Shown: piece by piece, positions 25,703-42,444 of the stretch
Layout: each line of letters opens with the position of its first letter
Numbering within the stretch: position 1 is the stretch's first letter
Source of the DNA: Eledone cirrhosa
Taxonomy: Eukaryota
Direction: 5' to 3'
NCBI GenBank assembly: GCA_964016885.1
Contig: OZ024742.1
Location: 252,154,001 to 252,218,000 of the forward strand
DNA: 64,000 nt
Position numbers and translations under genes: made by a program
Notes under the pieces: model-generated
Told to the model about the DNA's origin: nothing
What the model saw: the letters and a program-made list of their open reading frames with translations, nothing else
The model's database searches: none

Positions 25703-26879
25703 AAATATATATATAGGTTAAAATAAATGGGGGGGGGGGGGCAATTGAACAATACATGAGATTAAACAAAATATACAAAAGATGAAAAAAAAATGTGGTG
25801 GACAAAATATATGCATATGAAACGGTGATGATGCTGCTGAAACAGAGAAATGTGTACAAGGAAAGGATCTGATGTTTCAGGTTAAACCCTTTATCAAAAC
25901 ACAGTAAAAGAAGAAAAGGAATATGAGTGAAAGCAGTTACAACCCTAACAGTTATATGTTACATGCCTATCTTCATAAGCTACACCATGTGAAAAGGACA
26001 TCAAATGTTAAGACTGAAAGTGGAAAAGTGAAGCAGGCAGCAGTAAGAAAGAAAAGATTGATGGCTTGCATGTAAGGACTACTGCTCATCTTCCACAAAA
26101 CACCTTTCCCAGGGATGCGCTTTAGAGAAGAACTTTCCAGGAGTGGATCACTGTCTTATAAAATATACAGGAGCTCTAAATTATATATATAATCATCCTT
26201 TTTACATCCACACCTCTATGCTGGCATGGATTGGACAGGATGTTTTGAGACAATGTTTTACAGTTGAATGCCCCTCTATTGATGCCAAACTTTTCAGTTG
26301 CCTCTTACAGCATACAATGTTATAGTATACCTATTCTAAAAGCCTCAAAGGATTGTGCCAATTCCACAATAAGAATGCACTCAGCCCACTCAGTAAAGTG
26401 GCTGTGCTGGTGCCACAAAAATAATATACCTAGCTCATTCAGTGAAGTAGTTGCACATGAAATATTCATGGTTGCTCAGTTACTGGGTAAAAAAAAACAA
26501 AACAATTAACCAGGAAAGCAGCCGGTCCATCAAGAATAGTTGCATAAATGAACTAAGATAGAAACTAGACCCAAGAGGAATCAGATGCAGTGTGTAGGAG
26601 AGGAGATTGTGTTGGTATGAACATGTGGTGCATATGAAAGATGACAGCTGTATAAAAAGGATGGAAGCCTTGGAGTGGGGAGACCCAGGCCATAAAAGTT
26701 GACCTTACCCAATTGCACCTCTCAAAAATGATGACACAAGACCAAAATCTCTGGCGTTATGCAGTAATACAGAAGACTTGCCTTCCCATGGCTGCAGGCT
26801 GAAGCATACATATATATATATATAGTATGCACCATCCCATACATCTCCCATAAGGACAGGCTGTAGCATACATCTAGTG

Positions 26880-27150
26880 AAGCCTCCAGCCCACACTGTA
26901 AAGTGGTCGTGATGGCGACACGGTAAAAAGCGCCCAGTGCATACAGTAAAGTGGTCGTGATGGTGACACAACAAAAAGCACCCAGCACACACTGTAAATG
27001 TGGTTGGTGTTAGGAAGGGCATCTGTAGAAATCAAGCCAGAAACATTTCTATGTGAGCAAGACAGTCACCTGACCGAAGTTGCCTCAAATGGGACAACCT
27101 GCCTAACTTATTCTAGTGTGGAAAAATGGATGTTAAACAGTGATGATGAT
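26880..27150 (+). mobile_element. RTE-type 3' UTR/tail copy (SINE tail or truncated LINE)
   Basis: cacactgtaaatgtggttggtgttaggaagggcatc matches the reverse complement of 9586-9620; ends ggatgttaaacagtgatgatgat; internal ~48-bp duplication. Confidence 0.7.
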
Positions 27151-27171
27151 TTAAAACTATTGAAAAAGAAG

Positions 27172-27385
27172 GAATTCTACTTTAGGCATAAGGCCAGTCA
27201 TTTTTTTTTGGGGGGGGGGGATTAAATTGACCTCAGTAATTCACTGGTACTTTTATTTTATTGACCCTGGAAGGATGAAAGGCAAAATTGACCTCCAGAG
27301 ATTTGAACCAAGCATGTAAAAAGCCATAACTAAATATTGCAAAGCCTTTTGTCCGATGATCAACCAATATTGCCAATTTACTGCC
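27172..27385 (-). mobile_element. tRNA-derived SINE, diverged
   Basis: ctggtacttttattttattgaccctggaaggatgaaaggcaaaattgacctc...gatttgaac is the same family as 4662-4850. Confidence 0.65.
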
Positions 27386-28014
27386 CTAAAACCATTCAAA
27401 ATAAAAGAAAAGAGAAAGAAAAAGACACACGAGGAAACACGAGACAAAACTTTTGAATTAAAGCTGACATGTAAAATCTGTTAGCTACTATATATTGTGC
27501 CTCTGAGCTATATTTCAAAATAGATTCTTATATTAGCAACTTGACAACTCTATTAATTCTTTTGTGACCATACTTATAATGAAAAACACTGCAAATAATT
27601 TTCAAATAATCAGGCATTTGGAGGGATTTAGTAATATAATTAACTTCCTCATTATTTATCTGAGGTTTGAAACATAACTTAAAGATTAGGATGGAAGGTT
27701 TTTTTGATAAATGTAAACACTTAAAAACAGTTTTGCCTCATAAAACCAGGTGTGGCTTCCAACAGCTTGATACCAAAAGGGTTATGATGTATGAAGGTTC
27801 AAAGATTTGTGATCCTTAACCAATCAAATAAAATTTTTCACAAAAGCTAGTCATTTTGATTGACCTTTTTTTGTGGATTCAACCAATTCCTCTCTTACAC
27901 CCAAAACAAAATTCTTAAGCTGATTCCTTTCTTGCCTTTCAGTTTCAAGCACTTCCATTTCATTCATTATTACTTCCAGCTAGCCAATATAATCAAAATG
28001 ATATTCATAATCAC

Positions 28015-28330
28015 TATTTAATGTCTCGCATGGGTTAGATGGGTTGTCATGTTCTCAAGTTAGACCAATGAAATGATCATGTCTATCTCATATGTTCCAT
28101 TTTTGGCATGATTTCTACAGCTGGATGCTCTTCCTAATGCCAACCAGCTTTACAGTATGTACAGGAAGCATTTTATCATGGCACCAGCATTACCACAATA
28201 TAGGGAGGACTAAGTGATTTTTATTGTGACACCAGCACTACCACTTTACATAGTATGCTGGAAGCATTTTATCATGACACTAACACTGCTCCATTGCAGA
28301 ATGGGCTTGGTGTGATAACAGCACTATAAC
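28015..28330 (-). mobile_element. Diverged RTE-type 3' UTR copy
   Basis: tttctacagctggatgctcttcctaatgccaacca matches tttctacagttggatgcccttcctaacaccaacca near 9572-9606. Confidence 0.6.
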
Positions 28331-29182
28331 ATTATGACATTACAGCATTCATTTTGTCCTCAGCTAGGAAGGCAGTGATGGCATAAGATGAGAGTAGAGA
28401 AGAGAAACCAAAACTTAACACCAGTGATTATAAACAACTTACTATAAAAATGAAAAATAAAAGCATTTACAATAAATATCTTTACATGTAACTGACCTAT
28501 CTCAGATGAAAAACACCCACAACAAAGGTTTGAAATCATCTTTTAAGATAGCAAAAATATTTGCTTTAATTTTTGACTCTCCACAAAACCAGAAATATTT
28601 TATAATGAATGTGACATGGGGTCACAGTTGAAAGTACTGACATATGACATACTTAACCTAAGACCAAACTATTAAATCACATTTTAAAACATTGATTTCT
28701 TCCTTTTTCTCTCTCTCTCTTTACCATTCCAACACTAGCCATTAATTAGCTGTCCCAGATCTCTTACATTTAATCATACCTGTCAAATTATAACCTTCCC
28801 CATCACACATTTTAGGAGCTCCTACTGACTCCCTGCTGTTATCATAATATCTCTGAAGTTTGCTAGGAAAATCACATGGAGGGGGAGGGGGGGGGACATG
28901 TACTCAGAGTATAACATTTTTTTAAAATCATATTTTGCCCATTCTATTTGTATATATCTATAGTTCCTTAATTCTTAATGGAGTTGTAAGGGTGCTGTAT
29001 TTTTTTTATACCTGAAAGAGCCCATCCCCTCTCCATGTCTTAATGTAGCCAAATGTAAAGTTGACCTCAGGAACACAGAGCCAAAACAAATACCCCAAAG
29101 CATTCTGTCCAATGTTCTAATGACTCGGCCAATTCGCTGCACTATTCTATTAAGATTCCTTTATATATATATATATAAAATT

Positions 29183-29595
29183 TATAGCAGAAGGCTGTCA
29201 AATGTTTTTCATAAACATCCAGTATACAACACATACATATATATGTATAAAACTATGGAGAACCAATACTAACTTTTTTTAATTTAAGCTTGCCTGACTA
29301 CCGCTTCATATGCAAATGAGCTTCATCAGCTCATATACATAGGCAAGAAATCTATAAGATTCTAGCTTATTTTTGTCTTGGTGGAAACTAGTTGGATATG
29401 CAGCTTGACAACCACCAACAAGCAAGAAACTATGTTATCAGTTGCTTCCCCTTGTTTTTGCTGAGACAAAGATGTGTGATGGTGACAACCTTAAATAATT
29501 CATAGCAGAAGGCTGTCAAATGTTTTTCATAAACATCCTATATACTACATCTCCACATATGTGTATAATGCTTTGTTGGAGTATCAATACTAATT
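29183..29595. repeat. Diverged ~95-bp direct repeat, 320 bp apart
   Basis: atagcagaaggctgtcaaatgtttttcataaacatcc at ~29184 and ~29503, each followed by similar sequence ending caatactaa. Confidence 0.75.
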
Positions 29596-29606
29596 ATATA
29601 TATATA

Positions 29607-29646
<40 letters not shown>

Positions 29647-29652
<6 letters not shown>

Positions 29653-32494
29653 GGATCAATAAGACAATAGAGGTAGTTCGAGTTAGTAATCGAATAATTA
29701 AGCTTAGATTAGTTGTAGGTAGGAGACTACTGACAATGATCTCGGTCTATGCTCCCCAAGCAGGCCTAGGCAAAGATGAGAAAGACTGCTTTTATGAGCA
29801 ACTTTTGCAAACAACCACAATGACAGAGGACGGAGACATCGTTATGCTAGCAGGAGACTTCAATGGTCATGTTGGACAGCTCCAGGATGGTTACAGTGGG
29901 GTACATGGTGGGCACGGTTACGGTTCAAGAAATGAAGAAGGAGTGAGACTTCTTGAATTTTGTGATGCGAGTACATTGACTATTTGCAACACAAACTTCC
30001 AGAAACCTGCCAATCACCTAATAACCTACAAATCTGGTGAGCACATAAGCCAGATTGACTTCTTGCTAGTTAGGCAGCGGGACAGGCAGATAGTGTCTAA
30101 TACCAAGGCATACCCTGGGGAAGAATGTACCCCACAGCATATGTTAGTTGTTAGTGATATCTCAGTAAGCAAGAGATGGAATGAGACATATAGGAAGGTG
30201 TGGTGAAGAAAGGTCTGGAAGCTAAAAGACCTTTCACTAAAATACAAATTTAGGAAAGCCCTTCAAGATGTATATGACGAAAAAGAAGACGATTTAGAGA
30301 CGTATGACATAGATAATAACTTGAATTTCTTACGTGACAACTTGCTGTAGGCTACTGATGAAACCTGTGGCTGGAGCAGAGCTCCAACCAGACAGAGAGT
30401 GACCTGGTGGTGGAACAGCACAGTAGATAAGGCTATTAGAGACAAAAGACTAGCATGGAAGGCTTGGAAAAAGGGTGGGAGTAGGGAAGAATATACAGCC
30501 ACTAAGAGAGAAGCTAGACGTCAGGTGTACTTAGCACGCAGGGAGGCAGGGCGTAGGAGGTTTGCCAATGTTCTGCGACGGGAAGATCTGAGGCGTGCGG
30601 TGTTCCACATTGCAAGGCAGTGTGTCAATGCAAATCAGGATGTTGTTGGAGATAAATGTGTCCGGGATGATGCCGGTGTACTTAGTGTCACGAATGATCA
30701 GAAAAAGGAGGCCTGGAAATGTCATTATGAGAGACTGATGAATGTGGAGAACGAATGGGAGAGAGAGAAATTACCCTTGGTAGATCCGACAGAGGGACCA
30801 GCTATTGAGATTGACGAATATAGGGTCCAAGAGGCGATTAGGGAAATGAAAAATGGTAAGGCGGCCGGACCATCGGGAATAGTTGCTGAGTGCTGAAGGC
30901 ATCAGGGGACGTAGGCACTAAACTGGTTGCACGCTTCATCAATCAGGCTATATATGGTGGTGTCATACCCAAAGACTGGTGCAGCAGTATTCTCATAAAT
31001 TGCTACAAAGGTAAAGGGGATGCTTTGGAGAGGAGCAATTATAGGGGTATAAAACTGATAGATCAGGTTATGAAAGTGGCAGAAAGGATTTTAGCACAAC
31101 TAATTATAGAAAGGGTCAAACTAGATGAGATGCAGTTTGGTTTTGTGCCTGGGAAGAGTACAACAGATGCCCTCTTCTTGGTGAGACAAATGCAAGAGAG
31201 GTTCTTAGAGAAGAATAAGCCACTATACTTAGCCTTTGTTGACCTAGAGAAGGCCTTTGATAGGGTACCCCGATCTGTCATCTGGTGGTCCCTAAGGAAG
31301 CTAGGTGTTGAGGAATGGCTTGTGAGGACAGTGCAAACTTTGTAAAGAGGTACTCTCAGTAAAGTCAGGGTAGGAATGGAGTTTAGTGAGGAATTCCAGA
31401 TACAAGTAGGAGCACATCAGGGCTCGGTCCTCAGCCCGCTCTTGTTCATTATAGTCCTCCAAGCCATAACAGAGGAGTTTAAGACTGGCTGTCCATGGGA
31501 ACTTCTCTATGCTGACGATCTGGTTCTTATAGCAGAATCAGTAGAGGAGCTAGAGAATAAATTCTGGCTATGGAAACAGCAGTTGGAAGCAAGAGGACTG
31601 AGAGTGAATCTAGCTAAGACAAAAGTGTTGATGAGTAGAAAAGAGGACAAAACCCTGATTCCGTCAGGGAAATGGCCATGTTCGATATGCAGAAAAGGAA
31701 CTGGCATAAATTCTATAAAATGCACACAATGCAGATCCTGGGTACACAAGAGATGTAGCGGGATAGCAGGCAAACTAACAGGTAGGGAGAAATATGTATG
31801 CTGTAGATGTACAGGGAAATTAGACAGTAGAAGTCGCACTGATAGACACATTTTGCAAGAGGGCGCTATAGAAGTGGTGGATAGCTTCCGGTACCTAGGA
31901 GATCAGATTAGCATGGGAGGAGGGTGTTCCGAGGCCATAGTATCTAGAATAAGGACGGGTTGGAAGAAGTTTAGGGAGCTGCTTCCTGTTGACGAAGAAG
32001 GGTTTCTCCCTGTGTACGAAAGGCCGGTTGTATGATGCCTGTGTGAGGAGCGCGATGCTGCATGGTAGTGAGACATGGGCAGCAATTGCAGAGGATATGC
32101 GACGGCTGGAGAGAAATGAGGCAAGCATGCTCCGTTGGATGTGCAGTGTAAATATGCGTGAACGACCCAGCATAAATGTGTTGAGAGAGAAACTGTGTCT
32201 GAGAGGGATAGAATGTAGTGTACGGGAGAGGAGACTGAGGTGGTATGGACATGTGATGCGAATGGAGGATGACCGATGGGTGAAGAAGTGCCAGGAAATG
32301 CCAGTTGAAGGAAGACGTGGTAGAGGTAGACCACGAAAAACATGGGCGGAGGTGGTGAGAACAGACCTCAGATCATTGAAGCTCACAGTGGAGATGACGA
32401 GGGACCGTGACGAGTGGAGAGATGCTGTGTGAATAAGACACGTCCCACCCTTGCAAGCAGGAAAAAGTGGACGTAAAATGATGATGATGATGAT
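29647..32494 (+). mobile_element. 5'-truncated, pseudogenised RTE LINE (PHD-bearing relative of the 9.8-13.1 kb element) flanked by (TA)n
   Basis: Consecutive ORF pieces (29736, 30399, 30890, 31376, 31989) align with the 1092-aa ORF, including YADD and WPCSICRKG...CTQCRSWVHKRC; premature stops near 30204, 30348 and 31343 and frameshifts near 30890 and 31988; ends gtggacgtaaaatgatgatgatgatga. Confidence 0.92.
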
Positions 32495-32499
32495 AGATA

Positions 32500-32539
<40 letters not shown>

Positions 32540-32541
<2 letters not shown>

Positions 32542-32670
32542 AAGAACACAAGAGCGTCTACAACATCAAAAGATTTTTATTGGCTTACAATCTTTCTTCC
32601 TTACGTAACCGTAGGATTCGTCAGAGCTATAAAAGGGGTTTGATTGGTGTCTAACTCCTATTAACCTAAG
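32540..32670 (-). mobile_element. ~130-bp insertion in (TA)n with a hammerhead-like core; probable PLE pseudo-LTR fragment
   Basis: Reverse strand: gct-CTGACGA-a-tcctacg-gtta-cgtaagga-a-GAAA-gatt-GTA-agc followed by caataaaa. Confidence 0.5.
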
Positions 32671-35991
<3,321 letters not shown>

Positions 35992-35993
<2 letters not shown>

Positions 35994-36326
35994 GGGACAT
36001 AGAAATAATCGGCTGATGCCCGATCGCGCAGTTAAACCACTGGGAGTGAAGAACCCCTAGCCCATGTCAGGGTATTCTTCTAGGAGAAGGCATCTCAGGA
36101 AACTGGGTTAACTCCGATATAAAACCTGCGGCTCAGTAGTTACCGATGATGTTGATCTTTTCTTCTTTTCGGGTTATAGCTACTGTCGCTCAGAGAGTGG
36201 GATTGGTTCAGTGCACAGTCTTTCCTCACTTTAAAAATATTCGTCACGCACAGGCATTGCACGAGTGCATTAATAATTATTAATAGTGTAGTATCATTAT
36301 TATTATTATTATTATTACTATTATTA

Positions 36327-36363
<37 letters not shown>

Positions 36364-39300
36364 CCAATTCAATGATGTTCCAGAACAATGTAAACGAGAT
36401 AATTGCCAATTTGGGTTCTGGAACAAAAAAGATCATTGGCAATAAGGGCAGGGGCCCCAAGTTATCACAACCTGGGCCCGCCCGTCATCGTGCCATTGTA
36501 ATAGAGCCAAACAGGGCATTTAGTCTTGGCTGCTGGAACGTACGGACGCTGCTTGACAGGGATTCTTTGGAGCGTCCTGAACGAAGGACCGCTCTTGTTG
36601 CGAAGGAGCTTCGACGTTACGATCTTGACATCGTGGCTTTGTCTGAGACGAGGTTAGCTGGGGATGGTCATCTTACGGAATTTTGTGGAGAATATACATT
36701 CTTCTGGAAAGGAAGAGATGAAGGAACCAGAAGAGAGGCTGGGGTAGGATTTGCTGTTAAGACTGTACTGGTGAATAAATTAGAAGAATTCCCAGTGGGG
36801 ATTAGTGAGCGTCTTATGTCCATGAGAGTTCCGCTGGACAAGGGAAGATATGCTACCCTGGTGAGTGTGTATGCTCCAACTATGAATTCTGTCGATGAAG
36901 AAAAACTGTCCTTTTACCATGCCTTGAGAGGTGTTTTAAGAAATATCCCTCAGGCAGACAAAATCATCGTGCTTGGTGACTTTAATGCTAGAGTGGGTAG
37001 GGATTTTAACACATGGAATGTAATCGGAAGGCATGGGGTGGGAAAGTGTAACAGCAATGGTATGCTCTTGCTGCAGATGTGTGAGGAGCTGGATCTGTGT
37101 GTTACCAGCACCATGTTCCAACAAAAGAACAAATTCAAGACCACATGGATGCATCCTGCATCTAAGGAATGGCATCTTTTGGACTACGTCCTAGTCAGGA
37201 TGCGTGACAGACAGGATGTGCAGTGTGTTCGTGTTCTTCGTGGAGCTGAGTGCTGGACGGACCACCGCCTGGTACGCGCAAAAGTGAATCTAATCACCAA
37301 ACGTAAAATCCGGGCTCCTGGTGTTACCCTGCCCAAAAGATTGAATGCTGCTCGTCTTAAGGATAAAAATGTGAAGAGGACATTGGAAGAAGAGATGCAG
37401 GCTGCAGATCTTGGTGAGGATTGGCCGACCCTTAAAAAGTCGGTTTATGATGTAGGCAGACGTGTTCTGGGATTGGTGCAGAGAAAACATCAGGACTGGT
37501 TTAATGAGAAAGATGTGCATATAGATGACTTGTTGGCTGATAAGAGGCGCGCTCTGTCACGCTACTTGACGGCAAAACCACAGGAGAGGAATACGTTGCA
37601 TGAGGAGCTCAGGGATGTAAAATCACGTGTTAGGCGGAGTCTTTCTCAGATGAAGGATCAGTGGTGGAGTGAGAAGGCTGGTGAGATACAAACTGCGTCT
37701 GATTGCAATAACACAAAGCTGTTGTACAGTCTCTTGCGTGAGGTTTATGGACCGTCTTCTTCTCTGCTGACACCGATTCGCAGCAAGGATGGCAAAGAAC
37801 TTCTTCGTGACTCACAGGGAATTCTACGAAGGTGGCGAGAGCACTTTGATGATCTTTTGAATCAGCCGTCTGTCGTCAGTGAAGATTTCCTCAATCTCAT
37901 TCCGGAAAGTCCTGTGAAAGTAGCTCTCGCAGAACCTCCGACACTTGTGGAGGTTGCAGTGGCTATTTCGAAGCTGAACAGTGGAAGATCTCCAGGTATG
38001 GATGGCATACATGCTGAGCTCCTACAATATGGTGGTGAGAGACTCCTGCAACATCTTCACTCTCTGTTTGGAAGGATATGGGCTAATGAATCCGTGCCTG
38101 AGGACTGGAGAGATGCAGTAATGGTGGTCTTGTACAAGGGAAAGGGTAACAGGAATGATTGTGGGAACTACAGAGGTATATCATTGCTTTCTGTCGTGGG
38201 GAAAGTTTTATGTAGGGTGCTTCTGGACCGTCTGCTGACACACATTGCAGATTGTGTCCTTCCTGAAAGCCAATCTGGTTTTCGTGTTGGACGCGGCACT
38301 ACTGATATGATCTTCTCAGCTAGACAGCTCCAGGAGAAGTGCATTGAACAGGGCTTGGATCTGTATCAGGTTTTTGTCGATCTGACAAAGGCTTTCGATA
38401 CTGTCAACAGAGATGCATTATGGAAGGTTCTCCAGAAACTTGGTTGCCCTGATAAGTTCCTTGCTTTAGTTAGGTCTTTCCATGACGACATGAAGGCTTG
38501 GGTTAATGTCGGAGGTAACATGTCGGAGCCTATCTCAGTAAAAAATGGAGTGAAACAGGGGGATATTCCAGCACCGACCCTGTTTGCCATATACTTTGCA
38601 ATGGTTTTCTGTATTGCATTCAGGAATTGCGAGCATGGTGTTTACATCCGATATCGAACCTCAGGCAGCATATTTAACATCAGGCGCTTTGCTGCGAAGA
38701 CAAAAGTATTTACATCAGTCATAAGAGACCTCTTGTATGCAGATGATTGCGATCTTGTAGCGCACACAGAGAGTGATATGCAGCACATTTTGAATGTATT
38801 TTCTGACGCTTGCACTGCCCTGGGTTTGACTGTCAGTCTCAAGAAAACCGTCGTCATGTACCAACCTGCACCTGGTAGGCAGTACACTGAACCAAACATC
38901 TATGTGTATGGCAAACGACTTGGAGTGGTTGATCAGTTTGTCTACCTGGGAAGCACTGTCAATCGATACGGCAACCTTGACAGTGAAATCTCACTTAGGA
39001 TTAGGAAAGCAAGTGATGCTTTCGGAAAGCTAGAAAGGCGACTCTGGGGTCGGCGAGACATATGCAGGAGGACAAAGGTAAGGGTGTACAGGGCATGTGT
39101 ACTCTCTTGTCTTCTTTATGCCTGCGAGACCTGGGTCACATATCGACGCCACCTTAAGCAATTGGAGCGTTTCCATCAGATGTGTCTCAGACGGATACAT
39201 GGCGTTCACTGGAGGGACCACATCAGTGATGTCGAGATTTTGGAAAGCTCTATGTGTGACAGTATAGAAGCTCTTGTGCTTAAGCAGCGACTCCGTTGGA

Positions 39301-40219
39301 GTGGTCACCTTGCCAGGATGAAGGATTCTAGAATACCAAAACAACTCTTCTATGGAGAGTTGGTTAAAGGAAAACGACCGCCACATAAACCAAAAAAGAG
39401 GTATAAGGATTCCTTGAAGGCCTCTCTGAAAGACGCTAACATCTCTGCTGATACATGGGAAAATATTGCTGCTGATCGTAATAAATGGAGAAAGACTGTA
39501 TATGAGGGAAAAGTTGCCTTTGAGGCATCTCGAATCGCACACGAGAAAGTAAAGCGGGACGTGAGGAAGGGTATTGCTGTTGCACTTCCAGACGGCGAGG
39601 GTCCTCCTATGTTTCTGACATGCAGCGTCTGTGCGAGACTCTGCCTAAGCAAAGCTGGACTCGAAAGTCATCTTCGCAGTCATAAAGTAAGACCAGTGGT
39701 TGACTACCAGGCTGCTGTTGGAGATGCTACTCATCATGCTTGCCAAACATGTGGTAGAGAATGTAAATCAGCAGGAGGACTCAAGCGACATGCAAAAGTA
39801 CACGAACTCCAACCACAGCCGACTATTGCCAGTAAATGTTTTGGTTGCCGACTCTGTGCAAGACATTTTAGATCATTGGCTGGGCTAAAAAGCCACATTC
39901 GATCGCAGCACTGTTAGTTGCTATCGTGTGTTTGTGTGTGTGTGTGTGTGTGTAGATATGCTTATGTGCGTGCGTGTGTGTGTATATATATATGAATATG
40001 TATATTATTATTGTTGTTGTCGTTATTATTATTATTGCTATTATTATTATTGTTATTAATGTATGTGTGTATATATGTGTGAGTGTATGTGTATGTATGT
40101 GTGTGTGTATATATGTATGTATGTGTATGTATGTGTGTGTGTATATATACGTGTATGTATATATATGTGTGTATATATATATATATATATCTTTTCCCTT
40201 TTTTTTTTTTTTTTTTACT

Positions 40220-40296
<77 letters not shown>

Positions 40297-40368
40297 TTTT
40301 TTTTTTTTTTATTTATTTTTTTTTTTTATTGTGCAATGGCCATACTCGATAACGAGGGGGCAGCCATC

Positions 40369-40370
<2 letters not shown>
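35992..40370 (+). mobile_element. Full-length-looking RTE (BovB-like) LINE within (TA)n
   Basis: ~380-bp 5' leader, intact 1181-aa ORF, microsatellite-rich 3' UTR, and a terminal stem-loop tggc-cata-ctcg-ataa-cgag-gggg-ca-gcca at ~40337-40366 just before (TA)n resumes. Confidence 0.9.
36372..39917 (+). CDS. RTE polyprotein: APE endonuclease, RT and three C-terminal C2H2 zinc fingers
   Basis: GCWNVRTL, RPERRTALVAKEL, ALSETR, SVYAPT, LGDFNARVG, LLDYVL, TDHRLV; NYRGISLL, QSGFR, FVDLTKAFDTV, GVKQGD, LLYADD, FVYLGS, RLRWSGH; then CxxC-x12-HxxxH twice and CxxC-x12-HxxxxH once. Confidence 0.95.
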   Translation: MMFQNNVNEIIANLGSGTKKIIGNKGRGPKLSQPGPARHRAIVIEPNRAFSLGCWNVRTLLDRDSLERPERRTALVAKELRRYDLDIVALSETRLAGDGHLTEFCGEYTFFWKGRDEGTRREAGVGFAVKTVLVNKLEEFPVGISERLMSMRVPLDKGRYATLVSVYAPTMNSVDEEKLSFYHALRGVLRNIPQADKIIVLGDFNARVGRDFNTWNVIGRHGVGKCNSNGMLLLQMCEELDLCVTSTMFQQKNKFKTTWMHPASKEWHLLDYVLVRMRDRQDVQCVRVLRGAECWTDHRLVRAKVNLITKRKIRAPGVTLPKRLNAARLKDKNVKRTLEEEMQAADLGEDWPTLKKSVYDVGRRVLGLVQRKHQDWFNEKDVHIDDLLADKRRALSRYLTAKPQERNTLHEELRDVKSRVRRSLSQMKDQWWSEKAGEIQTASDCNNTKLLYSLLREVYGPSSSLLTPIRSKDGKELLRDSQGILRRWREHFDDLLNQPSVVSEDFLNLIPESPVKVALAEPPTLVEVAVAISKLNSGRSPGMDGIHAELLQYGGERLLQHLHSLFGRIWANESVPEDWRDAVMVVLYKGKGNRNDCGNYRGISLLSVVGKVLCRVLLDRLLTHIADCVLPESQSGFRVGRGTTDMIFSARQLQEKCIEQGLDLYQVFVDLTKAFDTVNRDALWKVLQKLGCPDKFLALVRSFHDDMKAWVNVGGNMSEPISVKNGVKQGDIPAPTLFAIYFAMVFCIAFRNCEHGVYIRYRTSGSIFNIRRFAAKTKVFTSVIRDLLYADDCDLVAHTESDMQHILNVFSDACTALGLTVSLKKTVVMYQPAPGRQYTEPNIYVYGKRLGVVDQFVYLGSTVNRYGNLDSEISLRIRKASDAFGKLERRLWGRRDICRRTKVRVYRACVLSCLLYACETWVTYRRHLKQLERFHQMCLRRIHGVHWRDHISDVEILESSMCDSIEALVLKQRLRWSGHLARMKDSRIPKQLFYGELVKGKRPPHKPKKRYKDSLKASLKDANISADTWENIAADRNKWRKTVYEGKVAFEASRIAHEKVKRDVRKGIAVALPDGEGPPMFLTCSVCARLCLSKAGLESHLRSHKVRPVVDYQAAVGDATHHACQTCGRECKSAGGLKRHAKVHELQPQPTIASKCFGCRLCARHFRSLAGLKSHIRSQHC

Positions 40371-41926
<1,556 letters not shown>

Positions 41927-42133
41927 TTATATTTGGGGAGGGTCATATTTGCGTAATATTGCCAGAATTAATAACAGAACACACTCACTGTTTGGTTGGT
42001 TTTCGCTTCTCGCTGTCTTTTATATATATATATCTGCGATCTAACTTACTCGGTCCTCAATGTTGCCATTGACTGACCGGCGGTCAAAAATAATACAGAT
42101 ACAATATAGACAAACACATATATATATAGTTTA

Positions 42134-42175
42134 CATAAATCTTTCGTTGCACATCTGCAACATCGTCAGTGGTGT
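42134..42175 (-). ncRNA. Hammerhead-like ribozyme motif in PLE pseudo-LTR (copy 1)
   Basis: Reverse complement of the motif at ~49672-49713. Confidence 0.5.
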
Positions 42176-42444
42176 TATATTCATTGTTCCTCCTGTTGTG
42201 TTGTATGTCTACGCCATTTTTTTGTTCAGTCTGTCTATATATTTATTTATTTATTTATTTGCTTGTTTGTTTATCTTATTTTATTTTGTCTTCTTTGCGC
42301 ATGCGTTTGCGTGTGTGTATAGTGTTATGTGTGATGTGTGACTAGTGTGTATAGTGTTGTGTCTGCTGGGTGACTAGTGTGTGTTTATGTGCTTGTGTAT
42401 GTATTTATTTATCTTATTTTATTTAATTTAATTTACTTATTTAT

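Noticed and set aside
13378-25859. Repeated 112-aa and 70-aa ORFs in the array
   Set aside because: They run through GA/GT microsatellites, show no domain, and the 70-aa frame breaks with T-tract length.
28497-28657. Possible minus-strand host exon (tag|g ... ag|gtcagt)
   Set aside because: Stop codons in all three frames and no supporting neighbouring exons.
30204-31345. Stop-codon readthrough or selenocysteine recoding in the 29.6-kb RTE
   Set aside because: Stops are mixed (TGA, TAG, TAA) and come with frameshifts and 5' truncation, which is ordinary decay.
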